64,000 bases of DNA, from the NCBI GenBank assembly GCA_964545855.1, contig CAZJHD010000015.1, positions 9,087 to 73,086 on the forward strand. The letters are read 5' to 3'. This DNA is from an uncultured Planctomycetales bacterium (lineage in GTDB: Bacteria; Planctomycetota; UBA1135; JACQFD01). How positions within the stretch are numbered: position 1 is the stretch's first letter; every line of letters starts with the position of its first letter. Both the position numbers and the translations under genes were made by a program. The notes under the pieces were generated by a model. The model searched no databases. It was given only the letters and a program-made list of their open reading frames with translations, and was not told the origin of the DNA. This document shows positions 18,897 to 29,119 of the stretch, piece after piece.

Positions 18897-19910
18897 TCAG
18901 GGAGACCCGGACACGGCGCGCCGCAGGCTCTGGATCTGCCGACGCACCGCGCTGCGCACCCTCGGGTCGAAGGCCAGCGGCTCGGCGCGGCGGTAGAGGC
19001 CGAGCGCGCCCTCCGGGTCGCCGCGGGCCTCCCGAAGCGCCGCCAGGCGCAGCAGCGAGGGAAGGTGTCCCGACTCGCGGGCCAGCGCTTCGCGGTAGGC
19101 CGACTCCGCCTCGTCCCTGCGCCCGGCCAGCTCGCGCGCCCACCCGAGGTTGTAGGGCGGCGCCGGATCGGCGGCCGAGAGACGGCTCGCCTCCGAGAGG
19201 TCCTCCTCGGCGAGGGCGAACAGTGCGTCGGACTCGGCGGGCGCCGACGCCGTTCCGCCGGCCGACGAGATCCGGCTCGCGCGGCGTGCTCGCGCGATCC
19301 CGCGGCCGAGCAAGGCGGGCGCCTGGGGTCCCGCGCGCTCGATCACGAGATCGAAGGCCGACTCGGCGCTGTCGTCCTGCTCCCGATCGAGCTCGACGAC
19401 TCCGATGCGCAGGCGGAGATCGAGGTTCTCGGGCGCGAGCCGCGCCGCGACACGCAGCGCCTCCAGGGCCTCCAGCGGCCGGCGGAGGTCGTGGAGCAGG
19501 ATGGCCAGCCGGCGCGCCGCCTCGGCGTGGTCCGCCCGCAGCTCGAGGACCCGGCGGTACGCCTCGATGGCCCGATCGAAGAAGCGCTCGCCCTCACAGG
19601 CCTCGGCGAAGAGGAACCACGCGTCCGAGTCGCTCGGGTCGATGGCCAGTGCATGCGCGAAGGCACGTCTTGCAGGCTCCGCCTCTCGCAGCGCGAGGTA
19701 GGCGCGGCCGAGGAGCTTCGAGCCTCGGATGGATTCGTCGACCTTCCCGTCGAGGAGCGCGATCGTCGTGCCGACGTCGCCGCGGGCGAGCGCCGCGTCG
19801 GCGGCGTCGAGGCGGTCCGACCCGATGCCCATCCGGAGCGGCGCGCTGGAACACGACGCGAGCAGGGCGCCGAGCAGGAGTCGAGCGAGGGGCGCCGTTT
19901 TGCGGGACAC
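18897..19910 (-). CDS. TPR repeat lipoprotein
   Basis: Lipobox LLASC; multiple TPR motifs (e.g. AFAHALAIDPSDSDAWFLFAE, AYRRVLELRADHAEA). Confidence 0.8.
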   Translation of the reverse strand: MSRKTAPLARLLLGALLASCSSAPLRMGIGSDRLDAADAALARGDVGTTIALLDGKVDESIRGSKLLGRAYLALREAEPARRAFAHALAIDPSDSDAWFLFAEACEGERFFDRAIEAYRRVLELRADHAEAARRLAILLHDLRRPLEALEALRVAARLAPENLDLRLRIGVVELDREQDDSAESAFDLVIERAGPQAPALLGRGIARARRASRISSAGGTASAPAESDALFALAEEDLSEASRLSAADPAPPYNLGWARELAGRRDEAESAYREALARESGHLPSLLRLAALREARGDPEGALGLYRRAEPLAFDPRVRSAVRRQIQSLRRAVSGSP

Positions 19911-19995
19911 GTCGGCGCGAGGCTATCGTGCGCCCCGCGACGCAGCCAACGGCGGCCGGCCACGATCCGCGGCCAGACTGCAGCGCGCGACTCGC

Positions 19996-20735
19996 ATGCA
20001 GACCCCGCGTCCCTCCCCGATCCCCGTGTCGCTCGCCGTGCGCGGCGTCCTCCTCGACGCGGGGAACACGCTCTTCTTCGAGCGGCCTTCGCGCTTCGAG
20101 ATCTACGCCTCGGCCGCGCGCGACCTGGGGCTCCCCTCGGATCTCGAGACGGTCCGGCGCGCGATGGTGGAGGCGCACGTGCGGGTGCCTCCCGTCGAGG
20201 GAGAGTCGGCCCGCTACACCGACCGGTGGTTCCGTGCCTATGTGCCGACGGTCTACAGGGGGCTCGGCGCCGACGACGCGATGCTCGAGGGCCTGACGGA
20301 GAGCCTCCTCGCGCGCTACCGCCGCACGGCGAGCCTGCACTTGTTCGCGGAGACCGAGGAGGTGCTCGACGCCCTCGCCCGGCACGGGCTGCGGCTCGCC
20401 GTCGTCTCGAATTGGAGCCCCCGGCTCCACCGCCATCTGGAGCGGCTCGGCCTGAGCACGCGCTTCGACGCGGTGCTCGTCTCCGCCACGGAGGGCGTGG
20501 AGAAGCCCCAGGCGGAGATCTTCCGGCGCGCCTGCGCGCGCCTCGGGATCGAGGCGTCGGAGGCGATCCACGTGGGCGACCATCCGGTGAACGACGTGGA
20601 GGGTGCTCGGTCGGCCGGCGTCCGTGGCATCCTGTTGGACCGATCGCCGGACCGCGACGGCCGACACGCGATCCACCCGCCCATGGAAACGATCCGATCC
20701 CTCCGAGAGCTCACGGTCCTCGTCGGAGCTCCGTC

Positions 20736-20739
<4 letters not shown>
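19996..20739 (+). CDS. HAD-superfamily hydrolase (REG-2/HDHD3-like)
   Basis: LLDAGNTL motif I, VVSNW motif II, EKP motif III, HVGDHPVNDVEGA motif IV. Confidence 0.9.
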
Positions 20740-21740
<1,001 letters not shown>

Positions 21741-21756
21741 GAGACCCGCGCCCTCG

Positions 21757-22605
21757 ATGAAGGACTTCCGCGTCGTTCTGCAGCAGACGGCTCCCGCGCT
21801 CGGAGACATCGATCGCAATCTGGAGCAGCACCTGAAGCTCCTGTCGGCGGCGAGGCGGCGCGGGGTCGACCTCGTCGTGTTCCCCGAGCTGTCGCTCACC
21901 GGGTACTTCCTGAACGACCTGACGCACGACCTCGCGCTGCCGATGGACGCGCCTGCGATCCGCAGGGTCGTCCGCGCGTCGAAGGGCCTCGCAGTCTGCT
22001 TCGGATTCGTCGAGCGGGCGCGCGACCACCGGGTCTACAACGCCGCCGTCTACGCGGAGGACGGCCGGATCGTCCACGTCCATCACAAGGTCCACCTGCC
22101 CACCTACGGGATCTTCGACGACGCGAGGTACTTCGCCGCGGGCGAGAGTTTTCGGGCCATCGACTCCGCCTTCGGCCGATTGGGGCTCCTCGTCTGCGAG
22201 GACGCCTGGCACCTGTCCTCGAGCTGGCTCCTCTTCCTCCAGGACGTCGACGTCCTCGTCTGTCTCTCCGCTTCGCCGGGCCGCGGACTCACGGAGCGCG
22301 GAGAGATCTCCTCGCTGCGCTCGTGGGAGGCGATCCTCGAGGCCCAGGCAGCGCAGTTCCAGACCTACGTCGTCTTCTGCAACCGTGTCGGCGTCGAGGA
22401 CGGGATCACGTTCTTCGGCGGCTCCCGAGTCCTCGATCCCTTCGGAACGACGATCGCCCGAGTGGACGGGCTCGCCGAAGGGTTGGCCTCGGCGACGATC
22501 GAGGACGGCGCGCTGCGGCGCGCCCGCGCGGCCGCGCCGATGCGGCGCGACGAGCGGCCGGAGCTCGTGCTGCGCGAGCTCCGGCGGATCGTCGAGGGCC
22601 GATGA
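21757..22605 (+). CDS. Carbon-nitrogen hydrolase (nitrilase fold), probable glutaminase subunit of NAD synthetase
   Basis: E-K-C triad: FPELSLTGY, HHKVHLPTYGIFDD, LVCEDAWH; ATGA-coupled to nadE. Confidence 0.88.
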   Translation: MKDFRVVLQQTAPALGDIDRNLEQHLKLLSAARRRGVDLVVFPELSLTGYFLNDLTHDLALPMDAPAIRRVVRASKGLAVCFGFVERARDHRVYNAAVYAEDGRIVHVHHKVHLPTYGIFDDARYFAAGESFRAIDSAFGRLGLLVCEDAWHLSSSWLLFLQDVDVLVCLSASPGRGLTERGEISSLRSWEAILEAQAAQFQTYVVFCNRVGVEDGITFFGGSRVLDPFGTTIARVDGLAEGLASATIEDGALRRARAAAPMRRDERPELVLRELRRIVEGR

Positions 22606-23444
22606 AGCCGGCACTCCCGCCCCTCGAGCTCGCGGCCATCGCCGACGTGCTCGTTCGATTCGTCCGCAGCGAGTCGGAGAAGTTCGGCTTCCGGCGCGCG
22701 GTGCTCGGCGTCTCGGGCGGCATCGACTCGTCCGTCTCGGCCGCGCTCGCCGCGCGAGCCCTCGGGCCGAAGAACGTCCTCGGCCTGCTGCTCCCCTACC
22801 GAACGTCGAGCTCCGCGAGCGAGACGCTGGGGCGTCGGCTGTGCGAGTCCCTGGCGATCGGGAGCGAGAAGATCGAGATCACGGGAATGGTGGACGGCTT
22901 CCTCGAGCCCGCGGGCCTCTCCATCCGTCGCAAGGCCGATCGCATCCGCGCCGGCAACGTCATGGCGCGCGCACGGATGATCGCGATCTTCGATCGCTCC
23001 GCGCGCGACGGCTCGATCGTGATCGGCACGAGTGACAAGACGGAGCAGCTCCTCGGCTACACGACGTGGTACGGCGACAGCGCGAGCGCCATCAATCCCC
23101 TGGGCGACCTCTACAAGACTCAGGTCTACGCGCTCGCCGAGCATCTCGGCGTTCCGCGTGAGATCTGCGTCCGTCGGCCGACGCCGGATCTCTGGCCGGG
23201 ACAGACGGCGGAGGGCGAGATGGGGATCCGCTACGAGGAGGTGGATGCGCTCCTGCACGACCTCGTAGATCGGCGTCTCGACGAGCCCGAGCTGCAGCGC
23301 CGCGGCCACGGCAGGGACCTGGTCCGCTGGGTCGTCGCCCGAGTGCGCGCCAACCAGTACAAGCGCCGGCTGCCGATCGTGGCGAAGGTCTCGGCGCGAA
23401 CCTTGAATCTCGATTTCCGCTACCTCCGCGACTGGGGACGCTGA
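22602..23444 (+). CDS. nadE: NAD+ synthetase (single-domain form)
   Basis: GVSGGIDSS PP-loop, GNVMARARM, GTSDKTE, TWYGD, PLGDLYKTQV, PTPDLWPGQT. Confidence 0.93.
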   Translation: MKPALPPLELAAIADVLVRFVRSESEKFGFRRAVLGVSGGIDSSVSAALAARALGPKNVLGLLLPYRTSSSASETLGRRLCESLAIGSEKIEITGMVDGFLEPAGLSIRRKADRIRAGNVMARARMIAIFDRSARDGSIVIGTSDKTEQLLGYTTWYGDSASAINPLGDLYKTQVYALAEHLGVPREICVRRPTPDLWPGQTAEGEMGIRYEEVDALLHDLVDRRLDEPELQRRGHGRDLVRWVVARVRANQYKRRLPIVAKVSARTLNLDFRYLRDWGR

Positions 23445-23468
23445 CGAGTTCGTCGGTCGCCGTCGCCG

Positions 23469-23987
23469 CTATTCGTCGCGTCCGAAGGCCTCCGACAGCC
23501 GATCGACGTCGCAGGTCGCGATCTCCTCGACGGAGATCGGCGGCAGCTCACGGAACTTGCGAAACTCTTCGAAGGACGAGAGCTCGACGTAGTCGCGATA
23601 GGTCATCACGTGATCGGCGCGGCGCCGTCCACGTTCCGCGGCGATCGGCCCCGACTTCTCACCCATCGCCTCCGAGACCTCGGGGGGGAGATTGGACGGG
23701 AGAGTGCCGCGCCGCTCGAGGGAGACCTTCGCCCGCTCACAGATCGTCAGCGTGTTCTCGAGGTTCGAGCGGATTCGATCCAGCCGCCCGGGATCCGTCG
23801 ATCCCGACTGCATGTTGCGCCGCACCTTCGCGATCGCGGCCTCGAGGACGGCGATGAGGCAGTTCAGCTTCTTCAGGAGCTGGTCGCGGTAGGCGGCGGA
23901 GTCCTGGGACGCATTCGAGGGGCCCGCGGGAGTGGAGCCCTGGCCGGCGTTGGCGAAGCGATCGTCGGAGGAGTCGGCGCTGGTCAT
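23469..23987 (-). CDS. Hypothetical cytoplasmic coiled-coil protein
   Basis: Start MTSADSS; helical core YRDQLLKKLNCLIAVLEAAIAKVRR; C-terminal YRDYVELSSFEEFRKFRELPPI; codon bias. Confidence 0.75.
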   Translation of the reverse strand: MTSADSSDDRFANAGQGSTPAGPSNASQDSAAYRDQLLKKLNCLIAVLEAAIAKVRRNMQSGSTDPGRLDRIRSNLENTLTICERAKVSLERRGTLPSNLPPEVSEAMGEKSGPIAAERGRRRADHVMTYRDYVELSSFEEFRKFRELPPISVEEIATCDVDRLSEAFGRDE

Positions 23988-24256
23988 CGATGCGAGTCTC
24001 GGAGGGGGAGGAGATAGACGGGCTGTGACCGTCCGTATCGCAGAGTTCGTGCCGCCGTGCCGAATCCGGGCTTCCGCGGAACCGCTTCGGAATCCGACTG
24101 CGAATCCTCGGGTTAGGGCCGCGAGGAGCTCGAACATCGGGCCCCGTCGCGTCGGCGCGTCGCGCCTTCGCTCCGCCGTCGCCTCGCGTCGACACCTCCC
24201 TGTCGCGAATCCACGACGCCGTCGAAGGGCCCGTATACTCGGCCTGGAGGCCTCTC

Positions 24257-25414
24257 ATGTCCGAATCGCTCCGCGTCCCCCTGGCTCTCTCCGCCCTCCT
24301 CGTCCTCGCACCCCTGGCGCCTGCTCAGGCGAAGGGGAGCAAGTCGGCGAGCGGCGATGGCGGAGCCGCAGACTCCAGCCTGGGTCCGGCCCCGAAGGGC
24401 GTCGACGAGGCGATCAAGGCGAACGTCGATCGCGGCAAGAAGGAGGCGGAGATCCTGTCGTCCAGCCTGGGCGGCGATTTCAACGTGGTGCAGGGGCCGA
24501 CGGTCGCGATCCGAGCCGAGGAATCCATCGAACGACTCTCGGAACTCGTCAGGATCGCCGAGACGATCGTCGAGACGCTCTCGACCGATCTGGAGGTCGA
24601 CAAGATGAAGGACCTCTGGGCGGGGAAGCGAGGGCCCTTCAACGTCTACTACTTCAAGAGCAAGTCCTCCTTCGGCGACGCTCTCAGGGAGTATCTGGAG
24701 AAGCGGTACCCGAGCCACAGCCTCGCACAGCAGAGGCCGATCCTCCTCGACATCGGCCGATTCATCTACGAGACGCCCAGCCCTCTCAGCGGCGGTCACA
24801 TCGAGGGCGACTTCGAGTTCGATCTCGCCCACAAGCTCGGCCAGACGATCCTTCTCTACACGGCGCGGCTCGGACCTCGATTCCCGGGGCTCCCGAAGGA
24901 CAAGGAGCGCGACAAGAACGACGAGGACACGATGGAGGGCGAGCACCTCTCGTGGCTCACCGAGGGGTTCGCGATGTACTCGTCGGTCCGGTTCTTCTCG
25001 GCGAACCGCAATTACTGCGTCACGAACGCCAAGTACGTCGGGAACATCGCGATCGCCGACAAGGACGTCGACACGGCCTATCGCCTCGTGTGTCTGGAGA
25101 TGGCCCAGGGCGACGAGAAGTCGAAGGACTTCGCGACCCTCACGCGCACCGAGAACAACTCGCTCGACTACCTCGATCTCGCGAAGGCCTGGTCGTTCTT
25201 CGACTGGATGATGGAGGCCGAGAACCGGCCGACCCTCGTCAAGGTCATCAAGGGCATGCGTGGTCCGAATTCCTTCGCGAAGTCCCTGAAGGTGAACGGC
25301 GGCATGTCGCTCTCCGACCTCGAGCAGAAGTGGCGAGACTGGGTGATCGACGCCTACGGACGGAAGAAGAAGGCCCCGTCGAGTGCCAAGCCGCCGGGGA
25401 AGTCGGCCAAGTAG
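24257..25414 (+). CDS. Secreted protein with a gluzincin/peptidase MA-like fold, lacking intact HExxH
   Basis: Signal peptide; AHKLGQ at the expected HExxH position and SWLTEGFAMY downstream; Lys-rich tail. Confidence 0.6.
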   Translation: MSESLRVPLALSALLVLAPLAPAQAKGSKSASGDGGAADSSLGPAPKGVDEAIKANVDRGKKEAEILSSSLGGDFNVVQGPTVAIRAEESIERLSELVRIAETIVETLSTDLEVDKMKDLWAGKRGPFNVYYFKSKSSFGDALREYLEKRYPSHSLAQQRPILLDIGRFIYETPSPLSGGHIEGDFEFDLAHKLGQTILLYTARLGPRFPGLPKDKERDKNDEDTMEGEHLSWLTEGFAMYSSVRFFSANRNYCVTNAKYVGNIAIADKDVDTAYRLVCLEMAQGDEKSKDFATLTRTENNSLDYLDLAKAWSFFDWMMEAENRPTLVKVIKGMRGPNSFAKSLKVNGGMSLSDLEQKWRDWVIDAYGRKKKAPSSAKPPGKSAK

Positions 25415-25514
25415 GCGGCACGCGGGCCGCGCGCGGGCGCCTGCGATTCCGGCTGTCCGCGCGTCTCAGCGGCCGAGGAGAGCAGCCTCTCGCCGCCGAC
25501 CGAGACCGACCCGC

Positions 25515-27257
25515 TCAGAGCATGTAGAGCAGGGATTCGAGGAAGGCGTAGGGCAGCCGGTAGTTCACGTTGAAGAACGACTCCGAGATCAAGGGATAGT
25601 CGAAACGATCCCCCATTCCGGAGAGCGCGATCACGCTGAAGAGCGCGAGGTCTCCTCGCGAGTCCTTCTCGAGGGCCTTCTCGAGCGTGTCGATCGCGGC
25701 TCGACCCCGAGAGAGGTTCAGAGCGAGCGCGGCGTGCTCGCGCACCACGTCGCGCGAATCCCCGATCAACACCTCCGCGAGCGCCGGCGCGGCCGCCGCG
25801 CTGCGATGGAGACCGATCGCGAGGCAGAGGCCACGCCGCCAGAGGTCGACCTTGTCGGGATCGTCCTTCAGGATCGTCAGCAACTTCTCGAGGCTGCCCT
25901 CGGGCCGAATGAGGCCCAGCGCGATCGCGCAGTACCCGCGGAAATCGGCCTTCGTCCCGCGCGCCTTCACGAGCTCGAAGAGCGGCTCGACCGCGGCAGG
26001 CTCGCCGAGGAGACCGAGGGCGATCGCCGCGGAGCCGCGGACGTTGTCCTCCGAGTTGAGCGCGAGGATCTTCAGCAGCTCCGCCGAGGAACCTCGATCG
26101 CCGAGGAGACCGAGGCCGAGCGCCGCGAACGACTTCACCGTCCGGGAGCCCTTGACCTGGAGGGCGGCACGAAGCGCGTCGCGAGCCTCCTGGCCCCCGA
26201 GCCGTCCGAGAGAGATGGCCGCGAATCCTCGCGTCTGCTCGTCGTTGTCCTCGGCGAGGGAGGCCGAGAGCGGCGCGACGGCGGCGCGATCGCCGAGGTC
26301 ACCGAGCGCTTGGGCCGCCGCGCGGCGGATCTCGATGTTCTTCTCCTCGAGGGACTGGAGGAGCGGGATCAGGGCGCTCGGGTCGCCGATCCGGCCGAGC
26401 GCCTGGAGGAGCAGGGTCTCCATCGGGCGCGACCGCGACGCTCGATCGACCCGAAGAGTCTTGAAGGTCGTGATCAGATAGGGGGTCGAATCCCGGTCGC
26501 GGCACATCCCGAGCGCCAAGACGGCCGCCAGGAAGACGTTCTCGTCGACGCCATCGACGGTGTCTGTGCGAAGGTGCTTCTCCAGGTACTGACGGAGCAC
26601 GCGAGCTCCCTCGCGGCGGCCGTTCAAGCCGATGCCGAGCGCTGCGGCGGCGCGCACCTCCGGGGACACCTGCTCCTCGTCGTGGAGCAGGGCGATCAAT
26701 CGGGAGAGCACGGCCCGATCGTCGATGAGTCCCATCGCGATCGTGGCGAATCGCTTCGTCTCGAGTTCTCCGGTCTCGATCAGGTCCTCCAGGATCGGCA
26801 ACGACTCGCGAGCACCGATCCGGCCGAGTCCGAGGGCTGCGTAGCGAACGACTCGTGGATCCGTCGATCCAACGGCCTTGCGGAGCGCACGCGCGATCGT
26901 CGTCCGCGCGTCCTCCGCTCGCACGAGCCCCTGATCGGGGATCGGATCGACCGTCGGAGGAAGCACCGTCAGGATCTCGCGCCTCCGAAAGTCCCGCGAT
27001 CGGAGGAGGAGGTCCTTGTTCACCTCGAACCAGAATTCCCAGCGGTTGTACCCCTCGAGGAACCCGACGGGATCGAGGAGCGGGCTCCCCGGATTCGCCG
27101 TGGGTGGAATGCCCGGCGTCCCCGTGGGGCTCGGTGTCGAGCCGATGGCAACGAGGTCCTGGATCGGTCCCCGGTACTGCGCCGTCTTCGAGTCGGACGG
27201 CGTGGAGCCGGCGTGCGGCGAGGAGAGTGCGACAGTGAGAGCGAAGAGCGCGAGCAC
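25515..27257 (-). CDS. Exported HEAT/PBS-lyase repeat protein (start uncertain)
   Basis: More than 10 HEAT repeats (VRYAALGLGRIG, IRRAAAQALGDLG, VRGSAAIALGLLG); Pro/Thr/Gly-rich N-terminus, then RWEFWFEVNKD. Confidence 0.85.
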   Translation of the reverse strand: MLALFALTVALSSPHAGSTPSDSKTAQYRGPIQDLVAIGSTPSPTGTPGIPPTANPGSPLLDPVGFLEGYNRWEFWFEVNKDLLLRSRDFRRREILTVLPPTVDPIPDQGLVRAEDARTTIARALRKAVGSTDPRVVRYAALGLGRIGARESLPILEDLIETGELETKRFATIAMGLIDDRAVLSRLIALLHDEEQVSPEVRAAAALGIGLNGRREGARVLRQYLEKHLRTDTVDGVDENVFLAAVLALGMCRDRDSTPYLITTFKTLRVDRASRSRPMETLLLQALGRIGDPSALIPLLQSLEEKNIEIRRAAAQALGDLGDRAAVAPLSASLAEDNDEQTRGFAAISLGRLGGQEARDALRAALQVKGSRTVKSFAALGLGLLGDRGSSAELLKILALNSEDNVRGSAAIALGLLGEPAAVEPLFELVKARGTKADFRGYCAIALGLIRPEGSLEKLLTILKDDPDKVDLWRRGLCLAIGLHRSAAAAPALAEVLIGDSRDVVREHAALALNLSRGRAAIDTLEKALEKDSRGDLALFSVIALSGMGDRFDYPLISESFFNVNYRLPYAFLESLLYML

Positions 27258-27470
27258 GTGGGCCTCCGGGGATCCTTCGGATATCGGATGGCGACCGCCG
27301 AGGACCGAAGATGGAGCGCGAAGGAGAGTGGACCGACGGTCGGCCCTTACTCCGCGCCGCCGAGCGAGATGCACCGTAATCCGGCGCACGAGACGGCTCC
27401 AGCGCGCGGATGGGCCAACGTCACGGCCCAGTCCGAGAGTCGCTCGAATCGGCGACGCGCGCGCTGCGCT

Positions 27471-28475
27471 CTATCGCAAGTATCCGGCGACCATTCCGCC
27501 GAGATCGTTCGCGGAGACTCGCCCGAAGGCGACGATCGCGTGGACGTCCTTGGTCGCCGCCACGACGTTCACGGCTCCCAGCTGGTAGCTCGCCAGCACG
27601 ATCTCGCGGTCGAGCGAACTCGTCGCGGCCGGAAGATCCCAAGCGCCGCTCATCGCATCTCCCTGGATCACGAAGACGTGCTCGAGCCCATCGGTGAATC
27701 GGCTCCATCTCGCGACGGTCTTCGAGGTGCCGAGATCGATTTCGACATCCCGCCAGGCGGCCGGACGGAAACCCGCCGGGATCCACGTCGGCGCGAGGAT
27801 CGCGAGGGCTGCCTCACCGGTTTCCGGCGAGGCTGCGCTTCGATCGTGCTCGGGCGGCGCCTGCGGAAGGCTCGAAGGATCCTCGGGCGTCCGTGCGACG
27901 GCTCCGATCTCGATCGACCGGTACTCCATCCGGAACACGAGATCGCCCAGCTCGCCGAAGCGATCGACCCTGAGCGGAAGGCCAGAGACTCGGTCGGACC
28001 AGACCTCCACGGCCTTCTGCCCCGATGCACGCTTCGTGAACTCGAGGTGGAGCGCCGGATGCCCGAGGATCGTCTCCTCGCCGGGCACGAGTCGGACGCG
28101 GTAGTTCTCGAGGAGCAACGCCACGTCGCCGAGGGCCAGGTCGCGGAACGTGTGCAGGAATCGCCCCTCCAGGAGGAACATCAGCCGCGCCGTCGGGGAG
28201 GGCGCTCCCGAGCCATCGTCGAGAAGGTCCAATCCCACGTCCTCGCCGCCGTCGTCGAAGACCGCCTCCACGTGCCGCTGAAGCGTGCCGTTCTCGAGGT
28301 ACCAGACCTCGCGCACGCCCCGATAGGACTGGCGGCCCGATCCGATGGACGTCGCGCGAGCCAGGGCGAGCAACGCTTGCTCCGTCTCGGAATCGGAGCA
28401 CCCGGGCGCGAACGTGCAGATCGTCGCGAGCAGCAGCGCGAGGAGGCCTCGATGGGACTTGGGGGCGCGGTCCAT
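27471..28475 (-). CDS. MucB/RseB-like periplasmic sigma-E regulator (lipoprotein-like signal)
   Basis: LolA-like N-terminal domain (YRVRLVPGEETILGHPALHLEF, VWSDRVSGLPLRVDRF) plus C-terminal PTWIPAGF...FTDGLEHVFVIQ; third gene after rpoE; signal ends FAPGC. Confidence 0.8.
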   Translation of the reverse strand: MDRAPKSHRGLLALLLATICTFAPGCSDSETEQALLALARATSIGSGRQSYRGVREVWYLENGTLQRHVEAVFDDGGEDVGLDLLDDGSGAPSPTARLMFLLEGRFLHTFRDLALGDVALLLENYRVRLVPGEETILGHPALHLEFTKRASGQKAVEVWSDRVSGLPLRVDRFGELGDLVFRMEYRSIEIGAVARTPEDPSSLPQAPPEHDRSAASPETGEAALAILAPTWIPAGFRPAAWRDVEIDLGTSKTVARWSRFTDGLEHVFVIQGDAMSGAWDLPAATSSLDREIVLASYQLGAVNVVAATKDVHAIVAFGRVSANDLGGMVAGYLR

Positions 28476-28481
28476 CGAGGC

Positions 28482-29114
28482 TCAGCCCTTTTGGGGGTCG
28501 AACACCCCGCCTGAAAGGAGAGTCGCTCGCGCTCTCAACGCCACCTGGAGCTCCGAAGCGGGTCGATGATCGACCTGGAACGGCGGGGGTGGGGGCGTGC
28601 TGCCGCCAGGCCCGAAGAGGAGTGCGACTCCGACGCCGCCGAGGACCATCGCTGCGAGCGCCATCCGACGCGCCAATCGCACTCGATGCAGCCGGACGAC
28701 CCTTCTCGGACGCACCGCGAGGACGGGACCCCTCAACACGCGCGCGTCGAGTTCCGCGGGCACGTCGATCCGCGCGAGCTTCCGGATCAGGACGCGCGCC
28801 AACACGTCGATCGCCCCCAGCTGATCCACGCGTGCGTCGAGATCGGCGGGAACGGCCACCCGCGGCGCGCGCGCCATTCGGACGACCGCTCGCCGAACCT
28901 GGGCGCGCGCCTCCACGGCGGCGAAGCAGGGCGCACATTCGGCGCGATGCCGCTCCCATGCGACGAAGTCGAACGAGGTGCCGTCGTCGGCCCTCCGTTC
29001 ACTCACGAGCCGACCACCCTCTCCCGCAGCGATTCGGTCGATCCCGTCCTCCAGCATCGCGAGGAACGACGAGCATTCCTGCGATCGGGGCGACTCTCGG
29101 GGATCGAAGCTCAT
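28482..29114 (-). CDS. Transmembrane anti-sigma factor with ZAS-like zinc motif
   Basis: HRAECAPC (HxxxCxxC); single TM near the C-terminus; directly downstream of the ECF sigma factor. Confidence 0.78.
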   Translation of the reverse strand: MSFDPRESPRSQECSSFLAMLEDGIDRIAAGEGGRLVSERRADDGTSFDFVAWERHRAECAPCFAAVEARAQVRRAVVRMARAPRVAVPADLDARVDQLGAIDVLARVLIRKLARIDVPAELDARVLRGPVLAVRPRRVVRLHRVRLARRMALAAMVLGGVGVALLFGPGGSTPPPPPFQVDHRPASELQVALRARATLLSGGVFDPQKG

Positions 29115-29119
29115 GGGTT

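Noticed and set aside
25383-28514. 1043-aa plus-strand ORF
   Set aside because: Antisense to the HEAT and RseB-like genes; no domain signal.
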